Below, piece after piece: positions 13,740-23,980 of a stretch of 64,000 nt of DNA. The first letter of the stretch is position 1, and each line of letters begins with the position of its first letter. Under the pieces are notes generated by a model. That model had not been told where the DNA came from and ran no database searches. It saw nothing but the letters and a program-made list of their open reading frames with translations. Origin of the DNA: Alphaproteobacteria bacterium (GTDB lineage Bacteria; Pseudomonadota; Alphaproteobacteria; UBA2966); NCBI GenBank assembly GCA_964291395.2, contig OZ219858.1:928001-992000 (forward strand). Reading direction: 5' to 3'. The translations under genes and the position numbers were made by a program.

Positions 13740-14318
13740 ATGCTACGAGCGCTCACGCACTTCCTGATTCTTGTCAGTGGATCTTTCCGTGATCTCGCGC
13801 CGATCATCGTGGTCGTCGCTTTCTTCCAGATCGTCGTCTTGCGCCAGCCGCCACCCGACTTCGCGAGCATTGCCGAGCCGTCGCTCATCGCGGTTGCACT
13901 CAAAGCCAACGAGGTATCGGGCGGTACGATCGGCGTTTGGGGCCTAAGGACGGCCGTCGCTGTCGGTGTCGCGATCGGCGTGGGTTTGGGGACGTTTCGC
14001 ATCGTGACAGGCATCCCTCTGCCGTATTTCATCGTGGCGGGGTACGTCATTGTCGTCCTGCAGACGGCGCGGGCGGAGCGCGCCATCGTTCCCTTGGCTT
14101 ACGATACGGGTGGCGTTACCACGTCGACCGTGACCGTCCCCTTGGTGACGGCATTGGGTCTCGGACTGGCGACGGGCATTCCGGGACGCAGCCCACTGAT
14201 CGACGGCTTTGGACTCATCGCGTTCGCGAGCCTGTTTCCCATGATTACCGTCATGGGCTATGCCCAGGCAAGCGCCTGGCGACGGCGCCGCAGACACGCA
14301 CGGCGGAGGAGATCGTGA
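13740..14318 (+). pseudogene. DUF1538-family membrane protein with an apparent internal in-frame deletion or fusion
   Basis: N-terminal RDLAPIIVVVAFFQ..RQP runs directly into IAEPSLIAVALKA; AYDTGGVTTSTVTVP and DGFGLIAFASLFP motifs present; only 192 aa. Confidence 0.65.
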
Positions 14319-14665
14319 GATTCAAGCTGATCATGGCGTTGGTTGACGACCGCCATACCGAGGCTATTCTTCAGGCGGCGCGTTCGGCGGGGGCGACGGG
14401 CGCGACGGTTGTCACATCCGCCAGGGGCGAGGGTGTCGAACCCGAGAAATCGTTCCTGGGTCTCGACATTTCCGGACAACGGGATCTGCTGATGTTCCTG
14501 GTCGCCGAACAACTTGCCCGAGACATTCTCGAACGGATCTCAAAGACGGGCCGATTCGAGGAACGGCCGGGGGCCGGGATCGCCTTTCAGCTCGCCATAG
14601 AAGATGCCGTGGGTCTGAGGTCCCAATTTCGGGTCATCTCGGAGGAGATTCAGGATCAGATATGA
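14315..14665 (+). CDS. P-II-like regulatory protein
   Basis: GTG overlapping the upstream stop; RFKLIMALV...AARSAGATGAT..ARGEG...GIAFQLAIEDAVG. Confidence 0.85.
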   Translation: MRFKLIMALVDDRHTEAILQAARSAGATGATVVTSARGEGVEPEKSFLGLDISGQRDLLMFLVAEQLARDILERISKTGRFEERPGAGIAFQLAIEDAVGLRSQFRVISEEIQDQI

Positions 14666-15084
14666 CCCGGCTGCCTTACATCAAGGTGGACGACATCATG
14701 CGGAAAGACGTGCATACCGTTGATCCGCTGGCCACGGTCCGCGATGCGCTGCACGAGATGCAAAAGCACGGTGTCAGCTCTCTCGTCATTGAACGCCGGG
14801 ACGAGCGCGACGAACTGGGTCTCATCGTGGTTTCGGATATCGCCCGGGACGTGATCGCCAGGAACCGCTCGCTCGACCGGGTCGACGTCTACGAGGTCAT
14901 GGTGAAACCGGTGGTTACGTTGGATGCCGACATGGACGTCAAATATGCATCCCGCCTTCTCAGCGATCTGAGACTGACCCGGGGCCTGGTCGTGGATCAC
15001 GACCGCAATCTCGTCGGTATCGCGACTTTGCGTGATATGGTGCTGGCCTACACCGGCCCGGGCGACGTTGAAGCGACGACATGA
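14662..15084 (+). CDS. CBS-domain protein
   Basis: Tandem CBS pair (VDDIM...LGLIVVSDI; EVMVKPV...LVGIATLRD); ATGA overlap. Confidence 0.88.
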   Translation: MTRLPYIKVDDIMRKDVHTVDPLATVRDALHEMQKHGVSSLVIERRDERDELGLIVVSDIARDVIARNRSLDRVDVYEVMVKPVVTLDADMDVKYASRLLSDLRLTRGLVVDHDRNLVGIATLRDMVLAYTGPGDVEATT

Positions 15085-15124
15085 ATTCAACTAGCCGATT
15101 CTGAGATCGGCCGCGGAGGCGTCG

Positions 15125-16114
15125 TTGTTGATTTATCTCCAGTTGGTCGGCGGTCTCGTCATCCTGCTCCTGGGCGGGGACTTTCTTGTCCGCGGCGCCG
15201 TGGCGTTGGCGCGAAAGCTCGGTATATCGCCGCTCGTCATCGGCTTGACGGTTGTCGCCTTCGGCACCTCGGCACCGGAGTTGATCGTCAGCGTCGAGGC
15301 CGCGTTGGGTGGCGTACCCGGGCTCGCGATCGGCAACGTCGTCGGTAGCAACGTGGCCAACGTGTTTCTCGTCCTCGGGGCCCCTGCCGTCGTGTTTCCC
15401 ATCGTCTGTCAGGCACCATCCCTGAATCGAGACGTCATCGTGATGATCGGCGCCAGCCTGCTCTTCGTCGCGTTCTGCTGGGGCGGGGTCCTGGTGGCTT
15501 GGCAAGGCGCGATACTGGTGGTTCTTCTCCTCGCCTTCCTCATCAATTCGTATGTATCGGAGCGCCGTGACGGCCGCGGTCACGAGGAATACGGTGAAGA
15601 GTTCGACGGCATCGCCGCGTTTCCTCGGTCGGTACTCGTGTTCCTGGGATTTATCGCGGTCGGATTGGCGGGACTGTTGTTCGGGTCCCACCTCCTGATC
15701 GATGGAGCGGTGGGTGTTGCACGGAAGTGGGGTGTATCGGAAACGGTCATTGGCCTCACCCTCGTCGCGTTGGGGACGTCTCTGCCCGAACTCGCGACGA
15801 CCATCGCTGCTGCCGTTCGAAAACAAGGCGGAATTGCGGTCGGTAACGTGGTCGGCAGCAATATGTTCAATATCCTGGGCGTCATGGGCATCACGTCACT
15901 CATCATTCCGGTGCCGGTCCCCGAGCAGACGTTGCAATTCGATCTCTGGGTGATGCTCGGCGCGTCGGTCGTTCTGCTGCCGTTCGCGCTGCGCCATATA
16001 CCGATCGGCCGCACCGCGGGCGTAATGTTTTCCCTCGCCTATCTGGGATTCGTCTTCATCCAATACTTCGGCGTGCCTGTCTCCCCACTCGAGACCGCCT
16101 ACTTGAACCGATGA
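15125..16114 (+). CDS. Calcium/sodium antiporter (CaCA, YrbG-like)
   Basis: Two alpha repeats, GTSAPE..GNVVGSN and GTSLPE..GNVVGSN. Confidence 0.92.
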   Translation: MLIYLQLVGGLVILLLGGDFLVRGAVALARKLGISPLVIGLTVVAFGTSAPELIVSVEAALGGVPGLAIGNVVGSNVANVFLVLGAPAVVFPIVCQAPSLNRDVIVMIGASLLFVAFCWGGVLVAWQGAILVVLLLAFLINSYVSERRDGRGHEEYGEEFDGIAAFPRSVLVFLGFIAVGLAGLLFGSHLLIDGAVGVARKWGVSETVIGLTLVALGTSLPELATTIAAAVRKQGGIAVGNVVGSNMFNILGVMGITSLIIPVPVPEQTLQFDLWVMLGASVVLLPFALRHIPIGRTAGVMFSLAYLGFVFIQYFGVPVSPLETAYLNR

Positions 16115-16908
16115 GCGATGCAGTGTCTCCTTCGGCCGCACGGCCCATCGAGGCGGGTGTCGCACTCGTCACGGGCGGCGGGCAACGAATTGGACGGGCG
16201 ATTTCTCAGGCGTTGGCGGAGGACGGATGGGCAGTCGCCGTTCATCACCTGCGGTCGGCAAGCCAGTCCGAAGAAGTCGTGGCCGAGATCGCGAAGGGTG
16301 GCGGTCGTGCCATCGCGATCGCCGCTGATTTGACGGATGCAACCGCTGCCACGGACCTGATCCCGCGCGTCGCTGCGGAACTGGGGCCGGTGACCTGCCT
16401 CGTCAACAACGCGTCTGTGTTTGAGCCCGACGACGTCCTGTCGGCGACTCAAGAGTCCTGGTGCCGGCACATCGATGTCAATTTGCGGGCGCCGTTCTTC
16501 TTGTCTCAATCCTTCGCCAAAGAGATGGCGGCAGGCGCGTTCGGCTGCATCATCAACATCATTGACGAACGTGTATGGAATCTGACACCCCATTTTGCAT
16601 CTTATACGATGAGCAAGAGCGGTTTGTGGACGTTGACCCAAACGTGCGCGTTGGCGCTCGCACCTGGGATCAGGGTGAATGGCATTGGGCCAGGACCGAC
16701 GCTCCCGAGCCCCCGGCAGAGTCGTGAGCACTTCGAAACACAGGCCGCCTCGACACCGCTTGGGCGGGGCACCACACCCGGGGAGATCGTGTCCGCAGTT
16801 CGATTCATCCTCTCGTCGCCCGCGATGACCGGACAAATGATTGCGCTGGACGGCGGCCAGCACCTCAAATGGCGCCGGCACCCGGATGACGCGGACCTCG
16901 AGGAATGA
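16111..16908 (+). CDS. SDR oxidoreductase, pteridine reductase/FolM-like
   Basis: TGGGQRIG (Arg typical of pteridine reductases), NNAS, YTMSK; adjacent to folB. Confidence 0.8.
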   Translation: MSDAVSPSAARPIEAGVALVTGGGQRIGRAISQALAEDGWAVAVHHLRSASQSEEVVAEIAKGGGRAIAIAADLTDATAATDLIPRVAAELGPVTCLVNNASVFEPDDVLSATQESWCRHIDVNLRAPFFLSQSFAKEMAAGAFGCIINIIDERVWNLTPHFASYTMSKSGLWTLTQTCALALAPGIRVNGIGPGPTLPSPRQSREHFETQAASTPLGRGTTPGEIVSAVRFILSSPAMTGQMIALDGGQHLKWRRHPDDADLEE

Positions 16909-16954
16909 CAATGTTGTTGCCGGTCGCGGCGCAAGGCGACGGGCGGGCGTGGAC

Positions 16955-17362
16955 ATGTCACCGGACGGGGAAAACTTGAGCCGAGAACGGGAACGGCGCG
17001 AAACGCAGCGGATCATCATTCGCAATCTGATACTGCCTGCCCGTGTCGGCGTGTACCGTCATGAGAAATCCGGTCCGCAGCAGGTTCGCATCAATCTCGA
17101 ACTGATCGTCGAGGATCCCCGTCAATCCCTGAATGACGAGATCGATGACGTCGTCAGTTACGAGACGGTGATATTGAGCGTGAAGGAAGTATTGGCGGAA
17201 GGTCACACGAACTTGGTCGAGACATTAGCTGAAAAGATTGCGGAAATATGTCTGTCTGATCTCCGCGTTGTGGGGGTTCGTGTGGGAATAGAAAAACTTC
17301 ACGCCATCTCCGAAGCGGAAAGCGTTGGTGTTGAAATCGAGCGATTCCGATCTAACCATTGA
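16955..17362 (+). CDS. folB: Dihydroneopterin aldolase
   Basis: VGVYRHEK..PQQVRINL, VSYE, NLVETLAE, EKL..VGVEIER; the start could be 16886. Confidence 0.88.
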   Translation: MSPDGENLSRERERRETQRIIIRNLILPARVGVYRHEKSGPQQVRINLELIVEDPRQSLNDEIDDVVSYETVILSVKEVLAEGHTNLVETLAEKIAEICLSDLRVVGVRVGIEKLHAISEAESVGVEIERFRSNH

Positions 17363-17726
17363 TAACTCGACAAATTCTTTGGGTAATGTATTGCCGTTCG
17401 TCGGAAAGTTGTGCACAGGCGAATATTTACTGAATGCTGACGGTCGCATATCGCATGAGGTTTCTGCTCTCGGATCTCAGAAAGACCTTGACTTTTGAAT
17501 TATCACTTAAAATCAATTAGTTATCATATATTGCCCAAAAAACAGGCAACTGGATGAACGTAAAGGATTGCCGCGCTTGTACCCCCTGACGACACCATTT
17601 CCCACAAACTTATCCACACGAATCGTGGATATTATGACATCCGTGTGAAGCTGCCGCCGTCGACCATTCACCCAAACTTTGGGAGTCGTGCGGCTTCGTC
17701 GATGATATGCTCGCCGGGAACAGATC
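17363..17726. promoter_or_regulatory. Origin-like intergenic region: DnaA boxes, IHF site, AT-rich tract
   Basis: TTATCCACA 17610-17618; TTTCCCACA 17598-17606; inverted CGTGGATAT 17624-17632; TTGTGCACA 17409-17417; AATCAATTAGTTA 17511-17523 fits WATCAANNNNTTR; GAATC 17620-17624. Confidence 0.6.
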
Positions 17727-19661
17727 ATGACGGCCGTCCAACCTGAAATCCAGCGCCCGCGGCACCGCGTCGTCTCCGGCACCGAGAGCGCGGGCACTGA
17801 GCCCGCCGTCCCTTCGATTACGCGTGGCCGTGATGTAATCCGCACCCATTTGAAGCTGCTGCCCAACAGTCCCGGCGTCTATAGGATGGTCGATGCGAAG
17901 GGACAGGTTCTGTATGTCGGCAAGGCAAAGAGCCTGAAGAAGCGGGTCGCTTCCTATGCGAATTCGACGGGCCTGACGACTCGCATACTGGGCATGGTCG
18001 CGGCGACCGTGGATATGGAGTTCATCACCACACATACCGAGGTCGAGGCGCTGCTTCTCGAGTCGAACCTCATCAAAGAACTCAAACCCCGGTACAACAT
18101 ATTGCTGAGGGACGATAAGTCCTTTCCTTACATTCTAGTCACGGGAGACCACGACTGGGCTCAAATCACGAAACACCGCGGCGCGCGAAACAGGCCAGGT
18201 GAATATTTCGGGCCTTTCGCATCGGCAGGTGCCGTCAACGAAACGATCAACGCGCTCCAGCGGGCCTTTCCGCTTCGTTCTTGTTCCGACAGCGTGTTCG
18301 CAAGCCGCACGCGACCCTGCCTCCAATATCAGATCCGCCGCTGCACGGCGCCCTGCGTCGACCGCATCAGTCGGGAAGACTATGACCGGATCGTGCACGA
18401 GGCGCGGGACTTTCTTTCGGGCCGGAGTCGGCGAACCCAGGAGGAACTCTCCGAACGGATGCAGGAAGCCAGCGCAAGTCTGGAATTCGAGACCGCGGCG
18501 GTCTATCGGGATCGCATTCGAGCCCTCACCCAGATTCAGGCGCGCCAAGGGATCAATATTCCAACGCTGGGAGAGGCGGACGTTGTCGGGGCTTATCGGG
18601 ATGCAGGCCAAACCTGTATTCAAGTGTTCTTTTTCCGCTCCGGGCAGAACTACGGCAACCGAGCCTACTTTCCGGCACATGCCAAGAGCGACACCATCGA
18701 AGAGGTCCTGTCCGCCTTCATCGGCCAGTTCTACGCCGACAAACCGCCACCCCGACTGGTGCTGACCAGTCATGGCATAGAAGGCAGGAACCTCGTCGAG
18801 CAGGCACTCTGTGTCCGCGCAGGCAGGCGGGTGGACATCCGCGCGCCGCGTCGGGGCGCCAAGCGCCAGCTGGTCGAACATGCCGTCGACAATGGTCGAG
18901 AAGCGCTCGCCCGCCGCCTCGCGGAGAGCGCCTCACAGCGGCGGTTGCTGGAGGGTGTGGCCAGAACGTTTGGGCTTGAGGCGTCCCCCGAGCGTATCGA
19001 AGTCTACGACAACAGCCATATTCGCGGCAGTGAAGCGCTGGGCGCCATGATCGTCGCGGGGGCCGAGGGCCTCCTCAAGAACCAGTACCGGAAATTCAAC
19101 ATCAAGCGGTCCGATCTTACTCCTGGGGATGACTACGGCATGATGACCGAGGTCTTGACTCGTCGTTTCTCACGCCTGCTCAAGGAAGACGAAGACCGTG
19201 AGGGTGGGCAGTGGCCAGACTTGGTCCTGATCGACGGCGGTGCCGGCCACCTGAGGACGGCCGGGCAGGTGTTTGCCGATCTCGGCGTTACGGATGTGGC
19301 GCTCGCCGCCATCGCGAAAGGTCCGAACCGCAATGCCGGTCGCGAAACATTCCATGTTCAGGGGCAGCCGGCGTTCTCGCTGGAGACCAACGATTCCGTT
19401 CTGTACTTCCTTCAGCGTCTGCGCGATGAGGCGCATCGATATGCCATCGGCAGCCATCGCGCCAAGCGGTCGCATAAACTGGGCCGCTCGGCGCTGGACG
19501 AGATTCCCGGCATCGGGGCCAAGCGAAAGCGCGCCCTGCTGCATCATTTCGGCTCCGTACGGTCCGTGGAGCGCGCCGGCCTCGCCGATCTTGAAGCGGT
19601 CGAAGGAGTCTCGCAACGCGTGGCCAAATCGATCTATGACCATTTTCATTCCGGCGACTAG
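17727..19661 (+). CDS. uvrC: Excinuclease ABC subunit C
   Basis: GIY-YIG region [35 protein letters not shown], HhH C-terminus. Confidence 0.98.
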   Translation: MTAVQPEIQRPRHRVVSGTESAGTEPAVPSITRGRDVIRTHLKLLPNSPGVYRMVDAKGQVLYVGKAKSLKKRVASYANSTGLTTRILGMVAATVDMEFITTHTEVEALLLESNLIKELKPRYNILLRDDKSFPYILVTGDHDWAQITKHRGARNRPGEYFGPFASAGAVNETINALQRAFPLRSCSDSVFASRTRPCLQYQIRRCTAPCVDRISREDYDRIVHEARDFLSGRSRRTQEELSERMQEASASLEFETAAVYRDRIRALTQIQARQGINIPTLGEADVVGAYRDAGQTCIQVFFFRSGQNYGNRAYFPAHAKSDTIEEVLSAFIGQFYADKPPPRLVLTSHGIEGRNLVEQALCVRAGRRVDIRAPRRGAKRQLVEHAVDNGREALARRLAESASQRRLLEGVARTFGLEASPERIEVYDNSHIRGSEALGAMIVAGAEGLLKNQYRKFNIKRSDLTPGDDYGMMTEVLTRRFSRLLKEDEDREGGQWPDLVLIDGGAGHLRTAGQVFADLGVTDVALAAIAKGPNRNAGRETFHVQGQPAFSLETNDSVLYFLQRLRDEAHRYAIGSHRAKRSHKLGRSALDEIPGIGAKRKRALLHHFGSVRSVERAGLADLEAVEGVSQRVAKSIYDHFHSGD

Positions 19662-19730
19662 GGGACTCTCGGTGCGGAGGTTCCGAACACCGGCTGTGGA
19701 CGATGACGGTCGAAAATTCTCTGTCCGCCA

Positions 19731-20363
19731 ATGATTACCAGCCTGCCTAACCTCCTGACCTTCTCGCGAATTCTGGTCATTCCGGCGTTGGTGGCGACGT
19801 TCTATTTTCCGGGACTCTTGGCGGATTGGATTGCATTGGGACTGTTCTGCGCCGCCGGTGTCACCGATTTCCTGGATGGCTACGTGGCGCGCTTGCGCGG
19901 ACAGATGTCCACGTTGGGCCGGTTCCTGGATCCCGTGGCCGACAAGCTCCTGATTGTCGCTGCCATCGTGATGCTGATCGCCTTCGACCGAATTGACGGA
20001 TGGACCGTCCTCGCTGCGGTGATCATTGTCTGCCGCGAGATCCTCGTGTCCGGTTTGCGCGAATTCCTGGCGGATGTGCACGTCCCCGTTCCGGTAAGCC
20101 GCCTGGCGAAGTGGAAGACCGCACTCCAAATCATTGCGATCGCCTTTCTGTTGTCGGGTAACGCCGGGGATTTGCTGTTGCCGGCAAAAGGGATCGGAAC
20201 CATTTGCCTCTGGGTTGCCGCCGCGCTTACCCTTTATACGGGCTACGATTACCTGAGAGCGGGATTGGTGCACATCGCGGCAAATGATGATGAGGAGGTG
20301 GCGGCGAAGCCCGAAAAAGACCGCGACGCCATCAAGAGCACCGGGACCCGTACCTACGGTTGA
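19731..20363 (+). CDS. pgsA: CDP-diacylglycerol--glycerol-3-phosphate 3-phosphatidyltransferase
   Basis: PNLLT, TDFLDGYVAR...GRFLDPVADK; follows uvrC. Confidence 0.95.
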   Translation: MITSLPNLLTFSRILVIPALVATFYFPGLLADWIALGLFCAAGVTDFLDGYVARLRGQMSTLGRFLDPVADKLLIVAAIVMLIAFDRIDGWTVLAAVIIVCREILVSGLREFLADVHVPVPVSRLAKWKTALQIIAIAFLLSGNAGDLLLPAKGIGTICLWVAAALTLYTGYDYLRAGLVHIAANDDEEVAAKPEKDRDAIKSTGTRTYG

Positions 20364-20427
20364 TCGGGCGCACTGGCTAATACTCCGCGGATGACTTGGT
20401 TCCCGCAGTGAAGCAAAGGACCCCGTG

Positions 20428-20958
20428 ATGAAGCTGTTGGGCATCGCCGGATGGAGCGGCAGCGGCAAGACGACACTCATTGCGGGCCTGCTGCCCCGAC
20501 TCACGGAAAGTGGAATTCGCGCGTCGACCATCAAACACGCGCACCACGGATTCGACGTGGACCAGCCAGGGAAGGACTCGTACGAGCATCGAAAAGCGGG
20601 CGCTTCCGAGGTCCTGGTGTCTTCGAGCCGGCGATGGGTGCTCATGCACGAAAATCGCGGCGAGCCGGAACCGTCGCTGACGGATCTCGTTTCCCGGCTG
20701 TCGGCCGTGGACCTCGTTCTGGTCGAGGGATTCAAGCGGGAGGCAATCGACAAGCTGGAGGTCTATCGCCAGGGGTTGGGGAAGCCCATGCTCCAGCACG
20801 AGGACCCCCGTATCGTGGCCGTGGCCAGTGACACATCACTTGCGGATGTACCCGTTCCGGTACTCAGCCTCGCCGCGGTCGACGAAATTGCGACCTTCAT
20901 CGCCGCGCATTGCGGTTTCGCCGAGCAAACCCGGTACGCGGCGGCCCAGGGGCCATAG
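20428..20958 (+). CDS. mobB: Molybdopterin-guanine dinucleotide biosynthesis protein B
   Basis: GWSGSGKTT, IKHAHH.FDVD.PGKDS, VEGFK. Confidence 0.95.
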   Translation: MKLLGIAGWSGSGKTTLIAGLLPRLTESGIRASTIKHAHHGFDVDQPGKDSYEHRKAGASEVLVSSSRRWVLMHENRGEPEPSLTDLVSRLSAVDLVLVEGFKREAIDKLEVYRQGLGKPMLQHEDPRIVAVASDTSLADVPVPVLSLAAVDEIATFIAAHCGFAEQTRYAAAQGP

Positions 20959-20960
20959 CC

Positions 20961-22214
20961 GTGCAGCTTTCCGACGATTGCTTCGCGACCGGAGATCGTC
21001 TGATGACGATGGCGGAAGCGCTCGTCCTTCTGGCGGAGCGTATCGCACCGGTCGGCGCCACCGAACCCCTTCCCCTGCGCGGCGCCGTCAAGCGGATTCT
21101 CGCCGAAGATGTCGTGTCAGAGCGCGATGTTCCCCCGCAGGGAAATTCAGCGGTCGATGGCTACGCGTTCGCGTTCGATGACCTGACACCTGGCCATGAG
21201 ACCCGTCTTCGAATCGCTGGCCGTGCCACGGCGGGACACCCGACGTCAGGCGAACTGGGCGGACGCGAGGCGGTGCGGATCTTCACGGGGGCCTTGATGC
21301 CGGAGAGATGCGATACCGTCGCCATGCAGGAAGACTGCATAGCTGACGCTGACGAGGTCGTAATTCCCCCCGGACTATCACGGGGCGCCAATCGTCGTCG
21401 TGCCGGTGAAGACGTTCGGACGGGGGATGTCGTCCTCACCGAGGGCCATCTGCTGCGACCTCAGGATCTTGGTATCGCGGCGTCCGTCGGCTGTACCGAA
21501 ATCTCCGTGTACCGGCCGGTTCGTGTGGCTGTTTTTTCCACGGGCGATGAAGTTTGCGAACCGGGCGTCCCTCTGGCCCATGGGGCCATCTACGATTCGA
21601 ATCGCTATGTCTTGATGTCGTTGCTTGATGGTCTTCCCGTCGACGTCTCTGATCTGGGGATACTGGCCGACGATCAGCAAGCGGTGGCATCGGCATTGCA
21701 GGATGCCACACGTGCGCACGACTTGCTGATCACGTCGGGCGGCGTGTCGGTGGGAGAGGAAGATCACGTCAAGAACGCTGTCCGGCAAAACGGCACCCTC
21801 CACTTCTGGCGCCTCGCCATAAAGCCCGGCCGGCCGCTGGCATTGGGGCAGGTCAACGGGGTGCCGTTCGTCGGGTTGCCCGGCAATCCGGTGGCCGCGA
21901 TGGTGACGTTTCTTCGCTTTGCGCGGCCGCTGCTGCTGCGCTTGGCGGGGGGCACCCGCGTCGACCCGCACCTTTACCGCGTCCGCGCGAACTTCTCCCA
22001 TCGCAAGAAGCCCAACCGCCGTGAGTGGGTGCGGGCATGTCTCAAATCGGGCCCTGACGGGACTTTGGAAGCCGAAAAGTTCGCTCGCGAAGGGGCCGGG
22101 ATTTTGCGCTCTCTGGTCGAATCGGACGGTCTGGTCGAACTGCCCGAGGAGATGACGGAGGTGATACCAGGCACTATGGTGGAATTTCTCCCCTTTGCCG
22201 AGGTGACGTCTTGA
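20961..22214 (+). CDS. moeA: Molybdopterin molybdotransferase
   Basis: NSAVDGYA, RIFTGA, STGDE, TSGGVSVG, KPGRP, GLPGNP; GTG start inferred. Confidence 0.95.
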   Translation: MQLSDDCFATGDRLMTMAEALVLLAERIAPVGATEPLPLRGAVKRILAEDVVSERDVPPQGNSAVDGYAFAFDDLTPGHETRLRIAGRATAGHPTSGELGGREAVRIFTGALMPERCDTVAMQEDCIADADEVVIPPGLSRGANRRRAGEDVRTGDVVLTEGHLLRPQDLGIAASVGCTEISVYRPVRVAVFSTGDEVCEPGVPLAHGAIYDSNRYVLMSLLDGLPVDVSDLGILADDQQAVASALQDATRAHDLLITSGGVSVGEEDHVKNAVRQNGTLHFWRLAIKPGRPLALGQVNGVPFVGLPGNPVAAMVTFLRFARPLLLRLAGGTRVDPHLYRVRANFSHRKKPNRREWVRACLKSGPDGTLEAEKFAREGAGILRSLVESDGLVELPEEMTEVIPGTMVEFLPFAEVTS

Positions 22215-22462
22215 AGATTCTCTATTTCGCCTGGGTCCGTTCGCAAATCGGTCTTTCGGAGGAGACCGTCGACCTTCCCGACGATGTTTCCACGGTCGGT
22301 GAGCTGCTCGATTGGTTGCGAGGACGTGGTCCCCGGCACGCCGAAGCGCTGCAAGACACCTCCGTCGTGCGGGTCGCCGTGAACGAGGAGTATGCGTCGC
22401 TCGACGCGCCAGTCGCGTCTGGAGACGAAGTCGCCTTGTTTCCGCCGATGACCGGCGGGTGA
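22211..22462 (+). CDS. moaD: Molybdopterin synthase sulfur carrier subunit
   Basis: KILYFAW...GDEVALFPPMTGG C-terminal GG. Confidence 0.95.
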   Translation: MKILYFAWVRSQIGLSEETVDLPDDVSTVGELLDWLRGRGPRHAEALQDTSVVRVAVNEEYASLDAPVASGDEVALFPPMTGG

Positions 22463-22479
22463 CGTCGAAGTCGGTTCGC

Positions 22480-22935
22480 ATGATTCGGGTTCAGAGAGAG
22501 GATTTTGACGTTGCCGCCGAGATCGCCTCGATCGTGGGGAGCGATCACGGTATCGGTGCCGTGGTGACCTTCATCGGCCTTGTTCGCGATATCAGCGGCG
22601 GCGAGTCGATTTCGGACATGACGCTCGAGCACTACCCGGGCATGACAGAAAAGATGCTGGAGAGAATCGAGTCCGAGGCGATGTCGCGATGGCCCCTTTC
22701 GGCGAGCCTGATCGTTCATCGGTACGGCCGTCTCGAACCGGGAGACAGCATTGTTCTGGTCATCACGGCATCCCCGCACCGCGAGGCGGCTTTTGAAGCG
22801 AGTGAGTTTCTCGTGGACTGGCTCAAGACCAAGGCGCCGTTCTGGAAGCGGGAAACGACACCCGCGGGTGCCAAGTGGGTCGCGGCCCGTGACAGCGACG
22901 ACGCTGCGGCAGCTCGCTGGACCAGAGAGATCTAA
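22480..22935 (+). CDS. moaE: Molybdopterin synthase catalytic subunit
   Basis: GAVVTFIGLVR, LEHYPGM, HRYG, LKTKAPFWKRE; alternative GTG start at 22459. Confidence 0.95.
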   Translation: MIRVQREDFDVAAEIASIVGSDHGIGAVVTFIGLVRDISGGESISDMTLEHYPGMTEKMLERIESEAMSRWPLSASLIVHRYGRLEPGDSIVLVITASPHREAAFEASEFLVDWLKTKAPFWKRETTPAGAKWVAARDSDDAAAARWTREI

Positions 22936-23052
22936 GACCTGCCGGCGGCGGTATGCTTGAGTGGAATTTGGGGCTATTCTCTGTAAATTCTTGATTCCAT
23001 TCGTTCCAGGTACATTTTCTCTGTCGGATCGTGATGACGAGAGGCTTTCAGC

Positions 23053-23913
23053 ATGTTCATACAGACCGAAGAAACCCAGGATGCATCGGAACTTCGCTTC
23101 GTTCCGGGCGTCCCGGTCCTCGAATTCGGAACCGTGTCGTTCGAGCGTGGCGATGACGTGGGGCGTTCCCCTCTCGTCGAACGACTGTTCGAGATCAGTG
23201 AACTGCGTCGGGCGGACCTCGGCACCGATTCGATCACGTTGTCCAAAGAGGACGGCAAGGATTGGACGCTGCTGAAACCGGCGATATTGGGCGTCATCAT
23301 GGACCACTTCATGTCCGAGCGTCCGGTCCTTCTCGATGGGGAGCCCGAATCGGAATCCCCGCCATCCGTCGCTACTGATAGCGAAGTCAGCGAAACAACC
23401 GGGCAAATCGAGGAACTTCTGGAGACGCGAATTCGGCCCGTCGCCCAGGACCAGGGCGGGGACATCATCTTTCACGGGTTCGAGGAGGGCCGCGTCATCC
23501 TCGAGTTCCACGGTGCCGCCCACGCGCTGCAAGGCGGGATCCAGACGATGTTGCGGCACTACATCCCCGAGGTGGAGGAAGTCGTCAATCATCTGGACAT
23601 GATTCCCAAGCCCGGACTGGACACGCCCGAAGGCAAGGCCATCAAGCGCGTGCTCGATGAAGAGATCAATCCGCAGATCGCGATGCATGGCGGACACATT
23701 GCGCTGGTCGACGTGGTCGACGATACGGCGTACGTCAGGCTCGATGGCGGCTGCCAGGGTTGTGCGATGTCGTCGCTGACCCTCAAGCAGGGGGTCGAAG
23801 GGGCGATCATGCAGGTCGCCCCGTCCGTCACTCAAGTGCTCGACACGACCGACCATGCAGGCGGCACGAACCCGTACTATCAGTCCGGCAAAGAAGGTAT
23901 GAGCCCGTTTTAG
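23053..23913 (+). CDS. NifU/Nfu-family Fe-S carrier: Nfu N-domain, degenerate Nfu domain, intact Nfu domain
   Basis: MFIQTEET N-terminus; RIRPVAQDQGGDI without Cys; INPQIAMHGG...GGCQGC...TDHAGGTNPYY. Confidence 0.85.
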   Translation: MFIQTEETQDASELRFVPGVPVLEFGTVSFERGDDVGRSPLVERLFEISELRRADLGTDSITLSKEDGKDWTLLKPAILGVIMDHFMSERPVLLDGEPESESPPSVATDSEVSETTGQIEELLETRIRPVAQDQGGDIIFHGFEEGRVILEFHGAAHALQGGIQTMLRHYIPEVEEVVNHLDMIPKPGLDTPEGKAIKRVLDEEINPQIAMHGGHIALVDVVDDTAYVRLDGGCQGCAMSSLTLKQGVEGAIMQVAPSVTQVLDTTDHAGGTNPYYQSGKEGMSPF

Positions 23914-23980
23914 TATCTTTCGTGCATGGCCGGTCTTTCGAGCCGTCCGGCTGGCCGCCACGGGGTGTGGTCGCAAGCAG

